Translations under genes and position numbers: made by a program
Shown: positions 48,391 to 56,882 of the stretch, piece after piece
How the letters are laid out: each line of letters begins with the position of its first letter
Numbering within the stretch: position 1 is the stretch's first letter
Notes under the pieces: generated by a model
Seen by the model: only the letters and a program-made list of their open reading frames with translations
Told to the model about the DNA's origin: nothing
Databases searched by the model: none
Assembly (NCBI GenBank): GCA_038245295.1
Contig: JBBRSP010000007.1
Coordinates: 128,001-192,000, forward strand
DNA: 64,000 nt
Source: Candidatus Binatia bacterium
GTDB taxonomy: Bacteria > Desulfobacterota > Binatia > HRBIN30
Direction: 5' to 3'

Positions 48391-49269
48391 ATGGGACGAC
48401 CGACACGAGTTCTTGCCGAAGGGATCTATTTCGGGGAAGGACCGCGCTGGCACGATGGGCGATTGTGGTTCAGCGACTTCTTCGCTTACGCCGTAAAGTC
48501 GGCGTCGCTGGCCGGCGATGTACGCACCGAAATCGAACTCGACGACCGGCCCTCGGGTCTCGGGTGGATGCCGGATGGCTCGCTGCTCGTCGTCTCGATG
48601 ACAAAGCGCCAGCTTCTGCGCCGCACTGGGGCGGGGGCGCTTGTCATTCATGCCGATCTGTCCGACATCGCGACCTTCCACTGCAATGATATGGTCGTCG
48701 ATTCGGTTGGTCGCGCCTACGTCGGCAACTTCGGATTCGATCTCGACACCGCATTGGCCGAGCGAGGTGTTGCATCCGTCCTCGCGGATCACATCGCCGC
48801 AAAGGTCGCTCTTGTATTGCCGGACGGCAAAGCGAGTGTCGCGGCCATCGACATGCACTTCCCCAACGGCACGGTGATCACGCCAGACGGCAAGACTCTC
48901 ATCATCGGCGAAACTCTCAGCGCTCAGCTGACGGCGTTCGACATCCAGGCGGACGGCAGCCTGGCGAATCGTCGCGTGTGGGCTTCGACCGGCAGCCGCG
49001 TCCCCGACGGTATCGCCCTCGACAGCAACGGCCATATCTGGGTCGCCAACCCAATCGCCCCAGAGTGTGTTCTGTTTGCCGAAGGTGGCGACGTGGTCGA
49101 GGTCGTCGATACAGAGCAGCCTTGTTACGCCTGCATGCTGGGCGGCAACGACGGACGCACCCTGTTCATGTTGACGGCGCCGACCTCGATCGCCCATGAG
49201 GCCGCCGTGGCGCCCAAAGGAAAGGTGCTGATCGCCACCGTCGAGGCACCGCACGCCGGTCTGCCGTAA
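48391..49269 (+). CDS. SMP-30/gluconolactonase/LRE family protein
   Basis: FGEGPRWH, NDMVVD, FPNG, PDGIALD; AGGAGG RBS. Confidence 0.9.
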   Translation: MGRPTRVLAEGIYFGEGPRWHDGRLWFSDFFAYAVKSASLAGDVRTEIELDDRPSGLGWMPDGSLLVVSMTKRQLLRRTGAGALVIHADLSDIATFHCNDMVVDSVGRAYVGNFGFDLDTALAERGVASVLADHIAAKVALVLPDGKASVAAIDMHFPNGTVITPDGKTLIIGETLSAQLTAFDIQADGSLANRRVWASTGSRVPDGIALDSNGHIWVANPIAPECVLFAEGGDVVEVVDTEQPCYACMLGGNDGRTLFMLTAPTSIAHEAAVAPKGKVLIATVEAPHAGLP

Positions 49270-49379
49270 AACCGTCTCAAGCCGACCCGCATAACACGTG
49301 ACACCAACCTCTCGCGTCGAAGGCAGGACCATTTGGACATAGCCTTCAGGACCTACCACTGCCGCCGTCGCTCGTTGCG

Positions 49380-51035
49380 TTATGCGACGTCCGGACCCGA
49401 GGGGTTGCGGCGGCGGCGAATCTGGCGAATCACGGCGCCGATCTCCTCGCTTCCGAGTGCTCCCTGCACCACCGCATAGGTGGCGATCCCGGCGGCAACC
49501 GCGGCGAAGAGATCTGTTGCCCTGGCGACCAGACCCGGACTCGCTGCCCAGTCGATACAGCCGCTGATGTAGACTACCGGCACAACCATCGCGGCCGCTG
49601 CAACGGCCGAGCGCCCAAGGGACGGCAGGATCTCACGCAACTCCAGGGTGCCGAGTTTGCCCCGCAGTAACCAGGTCAGCAGGATCAGATTCACCGTCGC
49701 CGCCAGCGATGTCGACAGCGCCAATCCGGAGTGGCGCAGATCGAAGACCGCCAAATGCTGCGACACCGAAGCAATCATGCCGGCGACCGGTGAATCGTTG
49801 GTGGCAAGAACAGGGCCCATCAAAACGAGACTGAAGATGACATTAGCGACGAAAGCGGCGGCGGCGGTTACCACCGGCGTTCGCGTGTTCTGCAACGCGT
49901 AGAAGGCGGGAATCACCAGACGTACCATCGCGACCGGCCACAATCCTACGGAGAACGCCCCCAGAGCCTGGCCTGTCAGGAGCACCTGTGGGTAGCCGAA
50001 GGCGCCGCGTTGGAAGAGCACCGAGGTAATCGGCACGGCCAACAGGTAGATGCCTACAGCGGCAGGCATGACGATGAAGTTGGTGAGACGCATCGCAAAG
50101 AGCAGGCTCTGACGCATCTCGTCGAGTGCACCACGCGCCGCTTGCGCCGCGAAGCTCGGCAGGGCTGCGGTTCCCAGGGCAATCGCAAATACGCCCAGGG
50201 GAAACTCGAAGACGCGGTCGGCATACCAGAGATACGACACGCTACCGGTCGGCAACATCGAGGCAAGGATCGTGTCGACCATGAGGTTGATCTGATAGAC
50301 GGCGGCGCCGAACACCATCGGCCCCATCAAGCGCATGGTGCGGCGGACCGCGGCGTGTTGAGGATTCCAGATCGGTCGCAGGCGGACACCGAGTCGGAAC
50401 ATGGCGGGGACCTGCAACAAAAGTTGCGCCACGCCGCCAATCAGAACGCCGGCCGCCAATCCATAGACGGGAGTGCTCAAGCGCGGCGCGATCAGCAGAA
50501 TCGAGGCGATCATCGCCAAGTTGAGGAATACCGGCGACAAGGCCGGCGCCGTGAAGTGCCGCAGCGAGTTCAGAATACCGCTACACAGGGCCACCATGCT
50601 GACGAGGAAAATGTACGGGAAGCACCAGCGGGTCAGCGAAACAGTGAGCTCATACTTGCCTGCTTCACCGACAAAACCTGGCGCAAACCAGCTCGTCAGC
50701 TGCGGCGAGAAGAGGGTTCCAAGAGCGGTCACGACCGCCAATACCGCGGCCATGAATGTCGCAAGCACAGAGGCCGCCTCGAGGGCCTCCTCACGCGTGC
50801 GGGTGGTCCAATAGTCGGTGAAGACCGGAATGAAGGCCGTGCTCATCGCGCCTTCCGCAACGAAACGTCGCAAGAGATTGGGAATACGAAAGGCGACGAA
50901 GAAGGCATCGGCGGCAACGCCGGTCCCGAAGTAGTACCCCATCACCGAATCGCGAACCAAGCCGGCGACACGACTCACGAGAGTAAAGAAGCCAACTGTA
51001 CCCGCCGCCTTGGCGATCGCGCGGTTCTCACTCAT
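49380..51035 (-). CDS. murJ: Lipid II flippase MurJ (MviN)
   Basis: SRVAGLVRD, AFRIPNLLRRFVAEGA..AFIP, ADRVFEFPLG, FYA..NTRTP. Confidence 0.95.
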   Translation of the reverse strand: MSENRAIAKAAGTVGFFTLVSRVAGLVRDSVMGYYFGTGVAADAFFVAFRIPNLLRRFVAEGAMSTAFIPVFTDYWTTRTREEALEAASVLATFMAAVLAVVTALGTLFSPQLTSWFAPGFVGEAGKYELTVSLTRWCFPYIFLVSMVALCSGILNSLRHFTAPALSPVFLNLAMIASILLIAPRLSTPVYGLAAGVLIGGVAQLLLQVPAMFRLGVRLRPIWNPQHAAVRRTMRLMGPMVFGAAVYQINLMVDTILASMLPTGSVSYLWYADRVFEFPLGVFAIALGTAALPSFAAQAARGALDEMRQSLLFAMRLTNFIVMPAAVGIYLLAVPITSVLFQRGAFGYPQVLLTGQALGAFSVGLWPVAMVRLVIPAFYALQNTRTPVVTAAAAFVANVIFSLVLMGPVLATNDSPVAGMIASVSQHLAVFDLRHSGLALSTSLAATVNLILLTWLLRGKLGTLELREILPSLGRSAVAAAAMVVPVVYISGCIDWAASPGLVARATDLFAAVAAGIATYAVVQGALGSEEIGAVIRQIRRRRNPSGPDVA

Positions 51036-51040
51036 GGCAC

Positions 51041-51256
51041 TTGGCCATTTTGCCATTTGGCCAAGTGGCCAGGTGGTGGTCTTCGCGCGCGGCGGGCATT
51101 CTGGGTCGGAGCGATTAGCCGTTCGTGAGGCGGAAGACACGGGCCTGCCGAAAACACTCGGTAAGCGCTCTAGGCAAAGGCGTGCCGCGTTACGGGAACC
51201 CCAATCGCCAAATGGCAAATGGCCAAAGGGCCAGGTGGCCAAAGGGCCAAATGGTC
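51041..51256. repeat. Intergenic element with inverted octamer tandem-repeat arms (GGCCATTT/AAATGGCC)
   Basis: Left arm TTGGCCATTTTGCCATTTGGCCAAGTGGCCAGGTGG; right arm CCAAATGGCAAATGGCCAAAGGGCCAGGTGGCCAAAGGGCCAAATGG. Confidence 0.7.
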
Positions 51257-51674
51257 AGAGTTTCGCTTCGAGCTCGGCGCGCTGCTCCGCCGACAGCTCG
51301 CCGATGAGAAAGTCGACAATGTTCATGAGTTGGGCGGCGCGGAAGGGTTTGGTCAAGTAGTAGTCGGCACCGGCGGCGTACGCGGCAACCAGATCTTCGT
51401 CCGAGTCCAACGCCGTCAGCATGATGACGGGCAAGGTTGGGAACCCGCCTTCGCGTAGCTTCTCAATCGTTTCGATGCCGCTCATCTCGGGCATCATGAG
51501 GTCGAGGACCAGAAGGTCGACGCGTTCCGCTTTGCAGTACTCCAGGGTTTGGCGGCCGCCGTCGGCCTCCAACACCTTGTGTCCGCGCTGGGCGATGATC
51601 GCCGCCGTCACAGCCCGCAGGTCGGCGGTGTCGTCGGTAACCACCACAGTCTTTCCAGTCGGCGCAGCAGCCAT
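51255..51674 (-). CDS. Single-domain response regulator receiver
   Basis: VTDD, LDLMMPEMSG, MLTA, YLTKPF. Confidence 0.92.
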   Translation of the reverse strand: MAAAPTGKTVVVTDDTADLRAVTAAIIAQRGHKVLEADGGRQTLEYCKAERVDLLVLDLMMPEMSGIETIEKLREGGFPTLPVIMLTALDSDEDLVAAYAAGADYYLTKPFRAAQLMNIVDFLIGELSAEQRAELEAKL

Positions 51675-51744
51675 CAGTTCCTCCCGTGCGTATGCTGAAC
51701 GATTTCACCGCCACGGTCTACTGAAAATACACGGCGTGAAAAAA

Positions 51745-52644
51745 CTACGCGTTGATCGCACGACCGAGCTCTTCGATCGCGTGCTCACGTGCCGCATCGA
51801 TCGCTGCTTCCCAGGTCGCTCGCGAGTCGGTGGCCGCTGCCTTCGGGAATAGGAGTCCGCGCGACGAGTTGACAATGCCACCTTCGGCGCCACGCGGTCC
51901 GGGGACGAAACCGGCAACCGCGTCGGTCGCACCGCCACCTTGGGCGCCGTAGCCGGGGACCAGGAACAGCGCGTCCGGCAACAGAGCTCGGATGCGTCGA
52001 CTTTGCTCGGGATGAGTGGCGCCCACGACCACACCGAGGCTCGACCAACCCGTCTGACCACGCAAATCCGTCGCGAATGAAGTGAGGGAGTCGGCGATTC
52101 GTTCGTAGAGCGGTCGCCCATCAATGAGTTGATCTTGATAGTCATGAGAGCCTGGGTTGCTCGTCTTGACCAGGATGAAGACACCACGCCCGTGATCACG
52201 GCAGCAGTCGAGGAACGGCGCAAGCGTATCACGGCCGAGGAAGGGATTGACGGTGAGAGCATCGACGCCAAGTGCCGAATCCGGATCAAGGTACGTGGCA
52301 TAGGCCGCCGCCGTCGAGTCGATATCACCGCGCTTCGCGTCCAGGAGAACCAACAGGCCCATCTGGCGGGCGCGCGCCACGATTCGATCGAGTAACGCGA
52401 TGCCACGCCAACCCAACTGCTCGAAGAAGGCGCTTTGCGGTTTCACGACTGCGACCTTGCCGACGTAACGTTCGAGAACGGCCAGGAGAAACGTCTCGGC
52501 CGCATGCATTGTTTTGGGATCACGGCGCTCCATGGATCCGGAACGGAACAATGGGGGGATGAGCGACAGATGCGGGTCGAGCCCAAGACAAAGCGGATGA
52601 CCCAGCTCCCGTGTGCGCGTGATCAGTCGATCGGCGAAGTGCAC
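51745..52644 (-). CDS. pyrF: Orotidine-5'-phosphate decarboxylase (long type)
   Basis: CLGLDP, KPQSAFFE, DAKRGDI, KTSNPGS, VVGAT, PGYGAQG, VNSSR. Confidence 0.95.
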   Translation of the reverse strand: MHFADRLITRTRELGHPLCLGLDPHLSLIPPLFRSGSMERRDPKTMHAAETFLLAVLERYVGKVAVVKPQSAFFEQLGWRGIALLDRIVARARQMGLLVLLDAKRGDIDSTAAAYATYLDPDSALGVDALTVNPFLGRDTLAPFLDCCRDHGRGVFILVKTSNPGSHDYQDQLIDGRPLYERIADSLTSFATDLRGQTGWSSLGVVVGATHPEQSRRIRALLPDALFLVPGYGAQGGGATDAVAGFVPGPRGAEGGIVNSSRGLLFPKAAATDSRATWEAAIDAAREHAIEELGRAINA

Positions 52645-52743
52645 GGCTTATGAGACTAGCGCATCACTGCGATGGTGGCGACCCTGCTTTACCCCAAATG
52701 AGCGTGTTGCTCCCGATCGGCTTGCTACGATAAACAGGCGGCT

Positions 52744-53478
52744 GTGTTAGTAGCGCGCATCGGCTCGACCGTCTTCTGGGGCTCCATCCTTTTCACCTCG
52801 ATGATCCTCTTCCCCGTGGCTTTTGTGATCTGGGTGGCGACGGCGATCTTTGATCGCCGCTTGCGGCTGCTGCATCAGTTCACCTGTTTCTGGGCCTCGC
52901 TCTACACGTGGTTCAACCCGGTCTGGCGCGTCGTCGTCGAGGGGCGCGAGAAGATCCGCAATAACACCACCTACGTCATGGTGGCCAATCACATGTCGCT
53001 CCTCGACATCCTAGTGTTGTTCCGCCTGTTCGCTCACTTCAAATGGGTGTCGAAGATCGAGAACTTCCGCATTCCGTTCGTCGGCTGGAACATGTCGCTC
53101 AACCGTTACATCAAGCTGCGCCGCGGCGACAAAGAAAGCATCGATCGGATGATGCGCGCCTGCGAGCAAACTCTGACCGAAGGCAACTCGATCATGATGT
53201 TTCCGGAAGGCACACGCTCGGAGGACGGCAGACTCAAAGACTTCAAACACGGGGCCTTCATCCTAGCCAAGACTCAGCGCATCCCCGTGCTGCCGATCGT
53301 CATCGAAGGCACTTCCAATGCCCTGCCGAAGCGCGGGTACGTGTTGCGCGGGCGTCACCAGATCACCGTGCGCATCCTCGAAGAAATTCCGGCCGAGTCG
53401 TTTCGCGACAAATCGGCCGAGACTCTCGCCAACGACGTGCGCGGCGTCATTCTCGACGCGCTCGGCCAACGCCCCTGA
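52744..53478 (+). CDS. plsC: 1-acyl-sn-glycerol-3-phosphate acyltransferase family protein
   Basis: NHMSLLD, FPEGTRS, FKHGAF. Confidence 0.85.
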   Translation: MLVARIGSTVFWGSILFTSMILFPVAFVIWVATAIFDRRLRLLHQFTCFWASLYTWFNPVWRVVVEGREKIRNNTTYVMVANHMSLLDILVLFRLFAHFKWVSKIENFRIPFVGWNMSLNRYIKLRRGDKESIDRMMRACEQTLTEGNSIMMFPEGTRSEDGRLKDFKHGAFILAKTQRIPVLPIVIEGTSNALPKRGYVLRGRHQITVRILEEIPAESFRDKSAETLANDVRGVILDALGQRP

Positions 53479-53482
53479 AGGC

Positions 53483-53650
53483 CTACGGCACCGTCAGGTG
53501 CGACGGTACACAGAATCGCTTGAGACTGTTCACGTTCACCTTGGCGACGCCGAACTGACCATTGACGAAGGCACGCCCGACGGAGACGGCCTCCCGAGGT
53601 AACGTGTAACAGAGCAAGGCCGCATCCGGGGTTACAGTCTTCGATCGAGT
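53483..53650 (-). pseudogene. Orphan C-terminal fragment of a secreted-protein domain
   Basis: LLCY...NGQFG..V.V..LKRFCVPS resembles the NQFG/LCVPS domain I recall from secreted proteins; no credible start or signal peptide. Confidence 0.4.
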
Positions 53651-53666
53651 AACGACGAGAGCCGAT

Positions 53667-53687
53667 ATTGTCATACCAGTTGACAAT
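53667..53687 (+). promoter_or_regulatory. Palindromic GntR/FadR-type operator overlapping a TTGACA -35 box
   Basis: ATTGTCA-TACCAGT-TGACAAT about 30 bp upstream of the FadR-family gene; TTGACA at 53680-53685. Confidence 0.65.
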
Positions 53688-53718
53688 CGGACGATCGTGG
53701 CGCTACACGCGCCACCCC

Positions 53719-54477
53719 ATGAGTGAATCCGTCGCGATCCGTCAGCTGCGCCCGGTGCAGCGCCAAGCCCTCTCCGATGCCGTCTACGAACAGTTGCGGC
53801 ATCAGATCGTCAGCGGCGAACTGGCTGCCGGTGATCCGCTACCGGCCGAGCGACTCCTCTGCGAAGCCTTGGGGGTGAACCGCGGCTCGGTGCGCGAAGC
53901 GCTGCGCCGCCTGCAACAGGCACGCCTTGTCGATGTGCGTCATGGCGGGACATCGCGTGTTCTCGACTACCGTCAGTCGGCCGGTCTCGATTTTCTGGCG
54001 AGCTTGCTGCTCACCGCAACCGGGGACTTCGATCCCGACGTCGTCCGCAGTGTCATGGAGATGCGTTCGGCGCTTGCACCCGATATCGCGCGCCTGGCGG
54101 CGCTTCGCGGTCGCGACGTCGCCGCGAAACTGCACTCCCTGGTCGAAGCGATGGGGAACGCCCACGACGACGCGGCGCAGCTGCAGACACTGGCCGCCGA
54201 GTTCTGGTCGCGTCTCGTCGATGCCGCCGACAACGTTGCCTATCGGCTCGCCTACAACTCCTTGCTGGAAACCTACGAGCGCTGCCGACAGCTACTGGTT
54301 CAGGTCCTGGGCGACGAGCTGCGCGACCAGGCAAGCTACGCGGCGATTACCAAAGCCGTCGCCAGTGGTGACGCGGCGGCGGCCGAGGCACGAGCGCGCG
54401 AGTTGGTGCGCCGCGGCGAGAGCGGGATCAATCGTGTACTCGGTCAAATCAAGCCAGCGCGGAGGACGCGAACATGA
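53719..54477 (+). CDS. GntR/FadR family transcriptional regulator
   Basis: LPAERLL...GVNRGSVREAL..L HTH followed by a FadR-type C-terminal domain. Confidence 0.92.
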   Translation: MSESVAIRQLRPVQRQALSDAVYEQLRHQIVSGELAAGDPLPAERLLCEALGVNRGSVREALRRLQQARLVDVRHGGTSRVLDYRQSAGLDFLASLLLTATGDFDPDVVRSVMEMRSALAPDIARLAALRGRDVAAKLHSLVEAMGNAHDDAAQLQTLAAEFWSRLVDAADNVAYRLAYNSLLETYERCRQLLVQVLGDELRDQASYAAITKAVASGDAAAAEARARELVRRGESGINRVLGQIKPARRTRT

Positions 54478-55172
54478 GCAGTCTGACAGCTACCGTCCGT
54501 GATCAGCCAGCAATGCCGGGGCTCGCCGCATCCGACAGCCCGCGCACAATGGGCCAAGCATTACCGGTTTTTCTCCGCCACGGCAGCCCGCGTATCTTGC
54601 TCGTGCTGTGCGCCGCAAGCCTGATCTGGCGTGCCAAACTCGGGGGCTTCTCGTGGTGGGACATCCTTCCGGTGGTTGGCATTCTGGCCATCTGGCCGAT
54701 CCAGGAGTGGATGATTCATGTGTTCATCCTGCACTTCAAACCGATCCGACTCGGGCGCCGGACGATCGACTTTCGCGTGCCGAAGAAACACCGGGAGCAC
54801 CACAGCGATCCGTGGAACTACGATATCCTCTTCATCCCGATGCAGTCGTTTCTCTACAGCGTCCCGCTGGTGGCGGCAGTGTGGTACGCGGTGATGCCGA
54901 CCACCGAGCTGGCGTGGACCGGGATCACGGCACACCTGCTTCTTTCTCTCCACTACGAGTGGATCCACTACATGGTGCACACGCGTTACACGCCGACGAC
55001 GCGCTACTACCAGCGCCTCTGGAAGAACCATCGCCTGCACCACTTCAAGAACGAGAAGTTCTGGTACGGCGTCACCCGCTTGGAAGGCGACTGGCTGCTG
55101 CGCACCCAGCCGGCGGCGAAAGAGGTTCCCCTGTCGCCAACCGCGAAGTCACTGCTTGGCCAGGCGGCCTGA
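54474..55172 (+). CDS. Fatty acid hydroxylase / sterol desaturase family protein
   Basis: His boxes EWMIHVFILH, HREHH, YEWIHYMVH, HRLHHF; ATGA overlap with the regulator. Confidence 0.9.
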   Translation: MSSLTATVRDQPAMPGLAASDSPRTMGQALPVFLRHGSPRILLVLCAASLIWRAKLGGFSWWDILPVVGILAIWPIQEWMIHVFILHFKPIRLGRRTIDFRVPKKHREHHSDPWNYDILFIPMQSFLYSVPLVAAVWYAVMPTTELAWTGITAHLLLSLHYEWIHYMVHTRYTPTTRYYQRLWKNHRLHHFKNEKFWYGVTRLEGDWLLRTQPAAKEVPLSPTAKSLLGQAA

Positions 55173-55734
55173 TCAGCGTCGGATGTTCGCTTCGATCCAC
55201 ACGGCGAAGGCCTGCATGAACTTCTGCAGGTATGCCGTCGTGCCTTCATTGGTGATCTTTCCGGCGTCGTCGAAGAGCTTCGCCGCGTTACCGATGTAGG
55301 CCTCGGGCTTGCTGCAGCGTCGGCACGTTCAGAAAGACAAGCGACTGTCGCAGCACCTGGTTGGCGCCGAATCCACCCATCGCGCCAGGCGAGACACTCA
55401 TCACCGCACCCGGCTTACCGTCCCAGGCGCTCTGGCCGTAAGGCCGCGAGGCAACGTCGATGGCATTTTTCAGCACACCCGGGATCGATCGATTGTATTC
55501 AGGAGTGACGAACAGAACCGCGTCGGCAGCCTTCACCTGTTGCTTGAAGACTACCCAGGCCGGCGGCGGGGACTCATCGAGGTCTTGGTTGTACAGTGTC
55601 AACTGGTCGATCTCGACGATCTCGAGTTTCAACGAACTCGGCGCCAACTCCGCCAGAGCTTTGGCCATCTTACGGTTGAACGACTCCTTGCGGAGGCTGC
55701 CGACGATTACGGCAACGTTGCGGGTTGTACTCAT
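55173..55734 (-). pseudogene. NAD(P)H-dependent FMN reductase (ChrR-like), frameshifted
   Basis: GSLRKESFN, PEYNRSIPGVLKNAID. Removing one base at ~55309-55310 restores QQPEAYIGNAAKLFDDAG...FAVWIEANIRR* ending at 55173. Confidence 0.8.
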
Positions 55735-55806
55735 CGGCGCATCTTTCCAATCGTTACCGAGTGCGTCAACCGTCTAACCAATCCTAATGTGACAATCTCA
55801 TTCTTA

Positions 55807-55952
55807 ACCGCAGAGGCGCAGGGCCGCAGAGAGCGCCGCCAAAAGCGCGTACCGAACGGGCAAAGTAAACATCATTCAAAATGAACTGATCAGGTGCGGA
55901 CACCGCAGGGCATTCACACGCAGGGGCTCTGCGCGCTCTGCCCCTCTGCGGT
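55807..55952. repeat. Inverted-repeat mini-element (ACCGCAGAGGCGCAG...CTCTGCCCCTCTGCGGT)
   Basis: ~27-bp imperfect terminal inverted repeats flanking an A-rich core. Confidence 0.65.
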
Positions 55953-55989
55953 GAGGTCTTTTGTCACATTGGAGTTAATTGCCTCGCCA

Positions 55990-56811
55990 TCACGCCTCGC
56001 GGCGGTTGGCGAGCAACGCCGCACCGGTTAGCGCCAGAAGCATGGAGACCGGCCGCACAAAGCCGAAGCGGCCGCTGCCAATGAGCGGCTCCCCGAAGAC
56101 CATGGCGCCGCCGGCGATCGGAACAATGTTGGAAATCACCGAGAAGATTGGCACAACCACCACTCCGCGACCGCCCTGCAACGTCGCTTGCATGGCAGCA
56201 AACCCGGCCGCATTGGTCAGCAGCGTCGTCCACAGGGGCCCGGCCAGAGCCTCCGCAAATGAGTCGACCGCCGATAGCTGCTTGGCGAACAAACCGGCGA
56301 GGCCCAGCAACACACCCGCCGCAACGGCCCAGCCGATCTCGCGGCGCGGGCGGCGGTCACCCCAGACCGCGAATACCGAGATTCCGATCGATAACACGGA
56401 GAAGAAGGTGATCGACAGTCCGGCGGCCGGAGCGGACGCGTGTTCCTCGAGGGTTGATCCAAGCAGCACTAGACCAATGGTTACGGCGACAACGCCAACC
56501 CATTCGACCCCACGCAACCGCTCGCCCAGCCCGATTACGGCCATCAGCACAAAGACGGCGATGCCACCATCCATCGCCGTGTGGACGATGGAGAGCGGCG
56601 CCCAACGCAGCGCGAGGATGTAAACACCATAGGCGAATGTCTGCAGCGCAACACCGAAGACCCACCAGCGATTACGCGCAAACGCGGCCCAGGCTTTGGC
56701 GCTCAGCCCGCCTCGGATCGGCGGCAAGCCCTCCGCCTCGCGCTTCATGTAGTACAAGCCCACCGACATCGTGGTGCTCGCGAAGATCGAGAGAAGAACC
56801 GAAAGAAGCAT
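55990..56811 (-). CDS. DMT/EamA superfamily transporter
   Basis: About 9-10 TM helices; ALRWAPLSIV, LGERL...EW.G, VFGE motifs. Confidence 0.8.
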   Translation of the reverse strand: MLLSVLLSIFASTTMSVGLYYMKREAEGLPPIRGGLSAKAWAAFARNRWWVFGVALQTFAYGVYILALRWAPLSIVHTAMDGGIAVFVLMAVIGLGERLRGVEWVGVVAVTIGLVLLGSTLEEHASAPAAGLSITFFSVLSIGISVFAVWGDRRPRREIGWAVAAGVLLGLAGLFAKQLSAVDSFAEALAGPLWTTLLTNAAGFAAMQATLQGGRGVVVVPIFSVISNIVPIAGGAMVFGEPLIGSGRFGFVRPVSMLLALTGAALLANRREA

Positions 56812-56822
56812 CGTAGAAATGC

Positions 56823-56848
56823 GAAACGCCCTGTTGCCAGGGCGTTTC
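56823..56848 (-). terminator. Hairpin downstream of hpnJ
   Basis: Minus strand GAAACGCCCTG-GCAA-CAGGGCGTTTC followed by GCATTTCT. Confidence 0.55.
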
Positions 56849-56882
56849 ACGTATCAGGGTGGGTTACCGGTATAAGTCGCGC

